DNA of 64,000 nucleotides from Candidatus Microgenomates bacterium (GTDB lineage: Bacteria > Patescibacteriota > Microgenomatia > UBA8517 > JACQJR01), in assembly GCA_016204995.1 (NCBI GenBank), contig JACQJR010000001.1, positions 369,132-433,131 of the forward strand. Direction: 5' to 3'. Positions within the stretch are counted from its first letter, which is position 1; every line of letters starts with the position of its first letter. The translations under genes were made by a program, and so were the position numbers. The notes beneath the pieces are model-generated. The model was given only the letters and a program-made list of their open reading frames with translations, did no database searches and was not told where the DNA came from. This document shows positions 56,957-64,000 of this stretch, piece after piece.

Positions 56957-57758
56957 GTCAAAATCTAATCAGTCTTATATTATTCCCGATGGTTTAAAGC
57001 AAAAGGAAAAAATAGATGTTGGGTTAAAGTTATTGAAGCTAGAAGGAATGAGATTTTCTTTTGATGCCTTAGCGCGGGACTATATTAAACAACAAAAAAC
57101 ATCTTATGATTTTTTGGAAAGCTTAACAGAGATTGAGTGTTCATGGAAACATGATAACAGAGTTGAATATTTAATTAAAAATGCCCGCTTTCCATTTATT
57201 AGAAGTATTTATGATTTTGATTTTGATTTTCAACCTAATATTAATAAACAACAAATAATGGAACTTGCTTCCTGCAGGTTTATTGAGCGGGGAGAAAATA
57301 TTATTTTTCTAGGTAAATCTGGAGTAGGTAAAACTCATTTAATTATTTCCTTGGGTATGGAGGCTATTGATAAATTATATTCTGTGCGTTATTTGCACAT
57401 CGGTGATCTAATTGAATCAATAAATAGAACTACAAATAACGGTGACGATTTATATAAACTTCTCAAGAATTTGCTACGCTTCAGATTACTTATTCTTGAC
57501 GAAATGAATCCTTATAACGTAAGTCCAGAATCAAGTAAGTTTTTATTCAAATTATTATGGGAACGTCACGAACAAAGACGTTCTACAATTTTTGCTTCTA
57601 ATCACGATCTTAAAGAGTGGGTTGTATTATTCGGGAGCAAAAATCGAGCCGAGGCAGTGATGGACCGTATTTTAACCCGCCAGATGTATGAAATTATTAC
57701 TATCGAAGGACCTTCTCACCGAGCCGAAAGAGGAGAAAATAGCCTAAAACTGCTTTAA
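56949..57758 (+). CDS. istB: IS21-family AAA+ helper IstB
   Basis: ARFP..FDFDFQP, GKSGVGKTHL, LLILDE, AVMDRIL, GPSHR; overlaps istA stop. Confidence 0.93.
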   Translation: MSKSKSNQSYIIPDGLKQKEKIDVGLKLLKLEGMRFSFDALARDYIKQQKTSYDFLESLTEIECSWKHDNRVEYLIKNARFPFIRSIYDFDFDFQPNINKQQIMELASCRFIERGENIIFLGKSGVGKTHLIISLGMEAIDKLYSVRYLHIGDLIESINRTTNNGDDLYKLLKNLLRFRLLILDEMNPYNVSPESSKFLFKLLWERHEQRRSTIFASNHDLKEWVVLFGSKNRAEAVMDRILTRQMYEIITIEGPSHRAERGENSLKLL

Positions 57759-57767
57759 AGAAGTAAA

Positions 57768-58424
57768 TTATTCTAAAGATTTACCGCTAATTTCCTTTGC
57801 TTTCTGTCTGAAAAATGAACGCAACTCCTCCAAAGTTAATAGCTTAATCATCTCGGGCAGAAAATCAAAAGTTTCTACTTTTAACAAATCAGCTCCTACA
57901 ACAAAAGGATCCATTTTAACCTTAAATTTTACTCGTACTCCTTCTAATAAATCCCAAATAGTGAATTCTTTTAATAAGAAATAAAGATCAGCAAAATCTT
58001 TGACTTCAGTCCTTTGTTCTATTGCTAATAGTTTATTAATGGATATATCTAACAGTGAATCAATAGCCAGATTATCTACTATCTTACTCTTCTCTACTCG
58101 CTTATAAGGATAAAAGGCAAAATCAACTTTGACAGTCCGTTTGTCTGAAAAAATTAGGTTAAATATCTGGGTATTTTCTACTGCTAGATAATCAACTATA
58201 AAATGTAATTTTTTCTCCCAGAGAGTCATCTTGTCTAAGATAACTTGCGGATCAAATTTCTCTTGGCTGAAAAAATCAAGATCAATAGACTTACGATGTT
58301 GCAGATAATATAAACTTAAAGCTGTCCCGCCTGTAAAATAAAAAATGGAAGAAAGAAAGCGGTCTTTTCTAACTTCATCTAGTAACAATTCCTGCTCGGG
58401 GGTAATAATTCTTACTTGCCCCAT
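57768..58424 (-). CDS. AbiEii/AbiGii-like nucleotidyltransferase toxin
   Basis: FYFTGGTAL..YYLQHRKSIDLDFF, NKL, KDFADLY. Confidence 0.88.
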   Translation of the reverse strand: MGQVRIITPEQELLLDEVRKDRFLSSIFYFTGGTALSLYYLQHRKSIDLDFFSQEKFDPQVILDKMTLWEKKLHFIVDYLAVENTQIFNLIFSDKRTVKVDFAFYPYKRVEKSKIVDNLAIDSLLDISINKLLAIEQRTEVKDFADLYFLLKEFTIWDLLEGVRVKFKVKMDPFVVGADLLKVETFDFLPEMIKLLTLEELRSFFRQKAKEISGKSLE

Positions 58425-58606
58425 ATTAATAACTCTAGTAATCGTTTACGTGTGGGGAAAAGATGAAGATTTTTCCAGTTTTTTTTCACCTGGGATAAAT
58501 TAATTTTCTCCTTTCCGGGACCATAATTAATCATTCTTTCCAAAAGGAGAATTTTTCCTTTTTCGCTTTGCTCAAGTTTCTTTCTGTTATAATCCCACAG
58601 CCACAT
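58412..58606 (-). CDS. small partner/antitoxin of the nucleotidyltransferase
   Basis: WDYN...LLERMINYG; overlaps toxin start. Confidence 0.7.
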   Translation of the reverse strand: MWLWDYNRKKLEQSEKGKILLLERMINYGPGKEKINLSQVKKNWKNLHLFPTRKRLLELLIWGK

Positions 58607-58710
58607 ATCTTTTTTTATTATACTACAAAATCTAATGTTGCAAAAAAATTTACCAAAACCGCTTCAAAGTAATCCTAGACAAACATAGTTTCACTTCATA
58701 TACTGCGTTT

Positions 58711-58795
58711 AGTAATTAGTAATGAGAGCTGAGAGGTTGGTAAAATAAAACATTCAACTACTAAACTCTAACCTCTAAACTACTAACTACTCATT
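58711..58795. repeat. 7-nt periodic inverted arms upstream of pilN
   Basis: agtaatt-agtaatg-agagctg-agaggtt ... aactact-aaactct-aacctct-aaactac-taactac. Confidence 0.6.
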
Positions 58796-58800
58796 GACCC

Positions 58801-59337
58801 ATGCCTGTCCGGAAAAAATCAATCAGCCTGCTACCACAAGATGAGTTTGCCGCCTCACCCTTAGGTAGAGTATTGACTTGGGCATTAGGCGCCGGCCGAG
58901 TTATCGTCATTATCACCGAACTGGCAGTCATTTTAGCTTTCCTTTCCCGCTTCTGGCTGGATCGCCGGCTGACTGACTTAAACGAACAAATTGACGCTAA
59001 ATCCCATCTGGTTGCCGCCAGCAGCAACTTTGAAAATCAATTTCGCAGTTTACAAAATCGTATCAATCTAGTAGCTCAAAAACAGAATAAAGACGATTTA
59101 TTTAAAATCGTAAACAATATTGTTACTCTGATTCCCCCAGAAGTAAAACTAACTCAACTTACCGTCAACCAAGAAGACATCCAAATTACCGGTTTAGGCC
59201 TGTCGGAAAACGGCATTGCCAGGTTTTTAAATAAACTAAACAATGCCAAGCTGGGAGAAGCCAAACTAACTCAATTAGCTACCGGCGAGCAGGAATCAGG
59301 CATTAAATTTAGTCTGGTGATTAATACTAAACATTAA
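58801..59337 (+). CDS. pilN: type IV pilus assembly protein PilN-like
   Basis: ISLLP N-terminal motif, TM, coiled coil, IPPEVKLT ferredoxin-like domain. Confidence 0.8.
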   Translation: MPVRKKSISLLPQDEFAASPLGRVLTWALGAGRVIVIITELAVILAFLSRFWLDRRLTDLNEQIDAKSHLVAASSNFENQFRSLQNRINLVAQKQNKDDLFKIVNNIVTLIPPEVKLTQLTVNQEDIQITGLGLSENGIARFLNKLNNAKLGEAKLTQLATGEQESGIKFSLVINTKH

Positions 59338-59338
59338 C

Positions 59339-59950
59339 ATGCAAAAATCCTGGCGAGCGAGTTACCAAAGATATTTGAAGCTGTTAAGTTTAACCTGGCA
59401 AAAGCGACAAGATATCCGGGCTTATATTGGCATTTTGTTATCTTTATCTGCCATTTCCTTCTTTGGCGCTTTCGCTCTGCGCCCTACCCTAATTACTATT
59501 GGAGAGCTGGTTAGTCAAATTAAAACCCAAAAAGAAACTCTCGCCCAACTTGATCAAAAGGTCCAAAATCTGCAAACAGCCAGCACTAATTTTAATAAAG
59601 TCAAAAGCGATTTAGGTTTAGTTGATCAAGCCATGCCTGCCAGTCCTAAACCAGATGCCTTTTTGAGACAGATAGAGGCCTTAGCCGCCCAAGAAGGAGT
59701 GGCAGTGCAGGATACAAACATAGAAAAAATTATCCTTAAGGGAGAACAAAAATCAAATCCGCCTACTTTCAAAATAACTTTTACCACTGACGGAGAATAT
59801 ATTAATACCGTCTCTTTTTTGCATAAATTGGTGAGTCTTAGACGGGAACTAACGTGGGATTCGCTCACTTTAGGAGCCAAAGCCGGTGCTGACGAGGGTG
59901 GCAGACCAATTTCGCTGACTATTTCCGGCCAGTTAGTTTTTGTACCATGA
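59339..59950 (+). CDS. pilO: type IV pilus assembly protein PilO-like
   Basis: TM, coiled coil, AMP, GEY..FL..L..LRR. Confidence 0.8.
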   Translation: MQKSWRASYQRYLKLLSLTWQKRQDIRAYIGILLSLSAISFFGAFALRPTLITIGELVSQIKTQKETLAQLDQKVQNLQTASTNFNKVKSDLGLVDQAMPASPKPDAFLRQIEALAAQEGVAVQDTNIEKIILKGEQKSNPPTFKITFTTDGEYINTVSFLHKLVSLRRELTWDSLTLGAKAGADEGGRPISLTISGQLVFVP

Positions 59951-60165
59951 AAAAAACATCTCAACCCAGAATTGTCACTTTTGCCTTGTTAACTACCATT
60001 ACTATGCTCACCTGGGTAACTTTTGAAGTCTGGCATTCTTTTAACAAACCAGCTCCAATCCAAGTGGAACAAAAGCTGCTGGCGCCTCTTAATCCTCAAT
60101 TAGATACTAAAACTATAGAAGAACTACGGGATAAATTATTTTTTGAAGGAGGAGTAAACCCATGA
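59947..60165 (+). CDS. small single-TM protein (PilP position)
   Basis: TM + PLNPQLD; coupled to pilO. Confidence 0.65.
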   Translation: MKKTSQPRIVTFALLTTITMLTWVTFEVWHSFNKPAPIQVEQKLLAPLNPQLDTKTIEELRDKLFFEGGVNP

Positions 60166-61580
60166 GGAAAGAACGGACTATTCCCACCGTCATTGGTCTA
60201 GTGTTACTGCTGGCCGGGGTAGGAATTTCCGTTCTGCTAGTTCAGCGCCAGCAGTTTTTTAAACTAACGGCGGCGCCGGAAATTACCCCCAAAGATGTCA
60301 GAATCACCAATGTAACTGATGGCGGCTTTACTGTTTCCTGGATGACAGACAAAGAAACCATCGGTTTTGTTTCCTTTGGCGATTCCACCTCATTGGGTCA
60401 GATAGCCCAAGATGATCAAGGGACCAAGAGTTCTCCCTTACACCATGTTACCATCTCCAATTTATCTACCAATACTCGCTACTTTTTCAAAATCGGCTCC
60501 GATCGCGACACCTTTGACCAGGATGGGAAGCCGTGGGAGCAAAAAACCGCGACACAACTTTCACCTCGGACAGCCGATGTCATCTCCGGTACTGTCAAAA
60601 ATAGCCAAGGCGCGCCGGCAAGCGACGCTTTAGTCTATGTCACCCTGCCGCAAGCCGCCCCTCTCTCTACCACCACCGATAGTTCCGGTAGTTTTTCTTT
60701 GTCACTGGCCCCTGCCCGCACCACCAATTTATCTTCCTATGTCACCTACGATAAAAATAATGCCCTCTTGTCTATTTTCGTCCAGGCAGGAAGCGGTCAA
60801 GTATCTTCGGCCCAAGTAGCAGCCGCTAGCGCTCACCCTGTCCCGCCTTTAATTTTGGGCCAGACTCATGATTTTCGTCGCTTAAGCCAGACTGGCGAAG
60901 CTACCTCTCCCGGCGCTGATTTAGCCTTACCATCGGCAGCGCCGACTGCTTCGCCCGAAAGCGCCAGCTCGGGTTTTAATTTAAACCCGATTGCTTCCAG
61001 CTCGCCCGCACCCTCGGTAGATAAACTAACTATTGATAATCCCAAAGAGGGAGAAAATATCAGCACTAAAACTCCGGAGTTTCGTGGTCAGGGTCCTAAA
61101 GGCGTTAAAGTTAACTTAACTCTTAACTCCACTACCCCCATCACCGGTACCGCCACAGTAGCCGCAAATGGCACTTGGACCTGGACGCCGCCCCAAACCT
61201 TAACTACCGGTAGTCACATCCTAATTGCCACTCTTACCGATAGCAAAGGTCAAAAACAAACCACTTCGCGCAATTTTAGCGTCTTAGCCAAAGCGGCTAA
61301 TTTACCAGCTTTTACCGCCACCGGTTCGGCTCAAGCCAGCCCCGGTCCAACCGGGGCCAGTCCCAGTGCCACGCCTCGCGTTACTGCTAGTCCTTCTGCT
61401 TCACCTCGAGCTAGTATTATACCCACTGTGGCCCCTCGCATCTCTATGCCTTCTACCGAATCTGGGGTACCCGTTTCTGGCGACTTGACAAATACTATTG
61501 CAGTTTTCATACTGGGTATAACCTCCATTTTTGGAGGGGCTCTCTTGTTCATAAAAACAAGAGGGAATAATTACCAATAA
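60162..61580 (+). CDS. surface protein with FN3 and Ig-like domains and putative sorting signal
   Basis: VRITNVTD..FTVSW..LHHVTISNL..TRYFF; Ig-like GTWTWTP; VPVSG + TM + basic tail. Confidence 0.85.
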   Translation: MRKERTIPTVIGLVLLLAGVGISVLLVQRQQFFKLTAAPEITPKDVRITNVTDGGFTVSWMTDKETIGFVSFGDSTSLGQIAQDDQGTKSSPLHHVTISNLSTNTRYFFKIGSDRDTFDQDGKPWEQKTATQLSPRTADVISGTVKNSQGAPASDALVYVTLPQAAPLSTTTDSSGSFSLSLAPARTTNLSSYVTYDKNNALLSIFVQAGSGQVSSAQVAAASAHPVPPLILGQTHDFRRLSQTGEATSPGADLALPSAAPTASPESASSGFNLNPIASSSPAPSVDKLTIDNPKEGENISTKTPEFRGQGPKGVKVNLTLNSTTPITGTATVAANGTWTWTPPQTLTTGSHILIATLTDSKGQKQTTSRNFSVLAKAANLPAFTATGSAQASPGPTGASPSATPRVTASPSASPRASIIPTVAPRISMPSTESGVPVSGDLTNTIAVFILGITSIFGGALLFIKTRGNNYQ

Positions 61581-61654
61581 TTACCAATATCCGATAATAC
61601 CAATGCATCAATCATTGGAAATTGGACATTTGAAATTGGTAGTATTGGTATTAT
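61568..61654. repeat. periodic inverted arms with no gene between them
   Basis: accaat-rich arm then cattgg/attgg arm; reverse complement closely resembles 12581-12614. Confidence 0.7.
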
Positions 61655-61663
61655 TTTATTATT

Positions 61664-63382
61664 ATGCCCGACGAATCTGCCCAGAAGCCTGTTTCACCCG
61701 CTAGTCCTACAGTCGGACCGGCTACCCCGCCTCCTGTCCATGAACCCATCACTCCTAACTCTGAACCATCTATGCCGGAAGCAACCCACGATTTCCCGAC
61801 GATTCCCACTTCAGAACAAACTATTCCTACCATGCCGCCAACAGATCCCACTTCCCCTCCCTTCGGCTCCAGTTCGACTTCGCTCACTGCGGGCGCTCAG
61901 GGCCTGCGGCCTACTGCACAACCGGCACCAGCCGCTCCCAATTTTAGCCCGGGCGGCATCCCGCCTGTCATTACTCCACCCTCGCCCCGCCGGCCCAAAG
62001 CCAAAATTGTCGGAGCGATACTGGCTTTATTGATTTTAGTGGTGGGTATTCCGGTCGGAGTTTTTTTAGTCCAGCAAAATCAAGAAGTCCGCGAAAAAGC
62101 TTCTACTTGTCAAGATGATTGTAACAGCGCGCTCACTAGTTGTAATAATCAATGTAATCAAAATTTTGACAGCTGTACGGGCACTTGTGGGCCTGCAGAT
62201 GGCTCTACAGAATACGAAAGCTGCTATGGCGCTTGTCAAGGTGCACAAAACAGTTGCAATAGTGGGTGTGGTGGCGAATTTGATTTTTGTCTCACTTCTT
62301 GCGGCAGCACCACTTGTCCTGACGGCATTTGCAGCGATGAAGAATTTAATAATGGTTCCTGTGCTCAAGACTGCGGTTCGCCTGGATCAAACGTCTGCGG
62401 CGATGGAACCTGTAGCGATGAAGAATTTAATAACAACAATTGTCCTCAAGATTGTACGCCAACCGATGGGGACGGGGATGGTGGGGGTGGAGAAAGTAAC
62501 TATTGTATAGAAGCTGGGTATCATCAATGCACTCCTGGTAGCCCAGCCGGAACTTGTACCAATAATGGTCAAACCTGTACCTCTTATGAGCATTATGCCT
62601 GTAATTATGGAGGGCAGAATTACTGCGACGCACCGATTTGCGATACCAATTCTTGTGGTGGTGGAGATGACGGCGGAGGTGGTGGAGGCTGCCAATACAA
62701 TAACGCCTATGATGCCGGCTTATTAGCCGACAAACCAAATCCTAATGACCAATGCGGCACTCAAGATGGCATTTATTGTAACAATGGCAATACTAATTTC
62801 TGTTGTTACGGCGATGGAAATTGTTTTGCAGGCCAGCAAGGATCCTGTACTAATAACGGCAATGGCAGTATCACCACTACTCAATCTGCCCAAATTATTG
62901 AATTCTCGTGTCCCGGCCAGACTTCAGCGACGGGCAGCTGTTCGGAAAATCAAACCTCTAAAGGTAATCAACCGGCCGGCACTTACACCACGGGCGGCAG
63001 CGGCTGCGGCGGCTTCCAGATAGATGCAGTGGGTCTGTGCGGCAGCTATAAATTTGTTTCCTGCGGGGGCGGTGGCGAGCCAGAGGTTAACAATCAATGT
63101 TTGAACATTAAAGCTTATGATACTAATTGGAAACAGCTGTCAACCAGTGAACTGGCTCAACTTAAAGTGGGAGATCAAATTCGGGTGGCGGTTAACGGCA
63201 ATACTACTTCCGGGACGTTAAATAAAGCCAGATTTAGAATTAATAATAGTTCGTCCTGGCAAGAAACTACGGCTAAAAATCCCAACGGCGAATTCTATAT
63301 TTCCGTGACTATTTCTCAAGGACCACCTACTTGGAAATTTGATGCCCAATTACATCATCAAGAAAGTGATACTTGGTTCTAA
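61664..63382 (+). CDS. Pro-rich, single-TM, Cys/Gly-rich surface protein
   Basis: Pro-rich N-terminus, TM, dozens of Cys, two C-x-D-G-x-CSDEEFNN-xx-C-x-QDC repeats. Confidence 0.85.
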   Translation: MPDESAQKPVSPASPTVGPATPPPVHEPITPNSEPSMPEATHDFPTIPTSEQTIPTMPPTDPTSPPFGSSSTSLTAGAQGLRPTAQPAPAAPNFSPGGIPPVITPPSPRRPKAKIVGAILALLILVVGIPVGVFLVQQNQEVREKASTCQDDCNSALTSCNNQCNQNFDSCTGTCGPADGSTEYESCYGACQGAQNSCNSGCGGEFDFCLTSCGSTTCPDGICSDEEFNNGSCAQDCGSPGSNVCGDGTCSDEEFNNNNCPQDCTPTDGDGDGGGGESNYCIEAGYHQCTPGSPAGTCTNNGQTCTSYEHYACNYGGQNYCDAPICDTNSCGGGDDGGGGGGCQYNNAYDAGLLADKPNPNDQCGTQDGIYCNNGNTNFCCYGDGNCFAGQQGSCTNNGNGSITTTQSAQIIEFSCPGQTSATGSCSENQTSKGNQPAGTYTTGGSGCGGFQIDAVGLCGSYKFVSCGGGGEPEVNNQCLNIKAYDTNWKQLSTSELAQLKVGDQIRVAVNGNTTSGTLNKARFRINNSSSWQETTAKNPNGEFYISVTISQGPPTWKFDAQLHHQESDTWF

Positions 63383-63387
63383 AAAAT

Positions 63388-64000
63388 ATGTCTAATAGAA
63401 TTAACTTAAAAAGTATTTTAATTATTATTGCCACTGTCATATTGGCAGCCATTGCTGTTTTTACGGCCTGGCGGCTTTACCAATTAAGAAGCGAACCGGT
63501 CGCTCCCACTGCTCCTAAAAAAGCTCCGGCGGCAGAAAATAAAGCCTGTTCCGCTTTGACATTCACCATTGCTACGGCTACTGCTTCTCCCACCGCCACT
63601 CCTGTTCCCTGCACTGTTACCTGCGCCCAAGCTGATCTTAATAAAGATAATAAAGTTACTATTTTAGATTTGACTAAACTGGGCCAATGTACGGGCAAAA
63701 CTCCTACTGGAAACTGTGCCGGCACCGACTTAAATAAAGATAATGTTGTTGACCAAAAAGATGCTGACTGCGTCAAAACCGTCTGGCAGCAAACCTGCTC
63801 GGCAGCTACAGCTAGTCCGACTGCCTCGCCGACCAGTACGGCGACAGCCCGACCAACTGCCACCGCAACTGCTGCTCCTACCTCTTCTGCAGCACCAACT
63901 GCGACTTCTGCACCTGCCGCCACCGCTACGACTCGGGCGGGAACAGCCGCACCTACTGCAACTGCCGCTGCCCTACCAGTAGCCGGCATGTCCTGGCCGG
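63388..64000 (+). CDS. dockerin-domain, Thr/Ala/Pro-rich surface protein (runs off window)
   Basis: ATG 63388, TM, DLNKDNKVTILD and DLNKDNVVDQKD, then LPVAG. Confidence 0.85.
   Translation, partial: MSNRINLKSILIIIATVILAAIAVFTAWRLYQLRSEPVAPTAPKKAPAAENKACSALTFTIATATASPTATPVPCTVTCAQADLNKDNKVTILDLTKLGQCTGKTPTGNCAGTDLNKDNVVDQKDADCVKTVWQQTCSAATASPTASPTSTATARPTATATAAPTSSAAPTATSAPAATATTRAGTAAPTATAAALPVAGMSWP

Larger units (their letters stand above)
53131..57758. mobile_element. IS21-related composite: repeat - foreign fragment - repeat - truncated istA - istB
   Basis: Two identical TG...CA units, compositionally distinct insert, adjacent DDE transposase and AAA+ helper. Confidence 0.75.

Noticed and set aside
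63477-63989. 170-aa Ala/Val-rich minus-strand ORF
   Set aside because: Shadow of the plus-strand dockerin/Thr-rich gene starting at 63388.

Overview
This window is from a low-GC, reduced bacterial genome with genetic code 11, most consistent with Patescibacteria/CPR (Microgenomates-like); that lineage call is inferred from gene content and protein forms. About 53 kb is housekeeping DNA on the minus strand: spc/S10 ribosomal proteins, tuf, fusA, rpsG/rpsL, rpoBC, mltG/ruvX/sortase, a short alaS, ftsK, RNase J, a Lon-like ATPase, pnp, rpsO, infB, nusA, hrcA-grpE-dnaK-dnaJ and murJ. Small toxin-antitoxin cassettes and self-promoted orphan genes are scattered through it. The most striking structure is at 53.1-57.8 kb. 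Two identical 91-bp palindromic TGT...ACA units flank a 2,655-bp GC-richer foreign fragment that is cut mid-gene, with no target-site duplication, and all four junctions read ACA|YTC. An N-terminally truncated IS21-family istA and an intact istB follow, so this is a candidate transposase-driven DNA-capture (repeat-spacer-repeat) system. A second dispersed system consists of 7/8-nt-periodic inverted arms at gene junctions, one pair enclosing a four-helix-bundle gene and others empty. Several short palindromic elements are also inserted in frame in essential genes. The last 5 kb encodes pilN/pilO and surface proteins (FN3, Cys-rich, dockerin).
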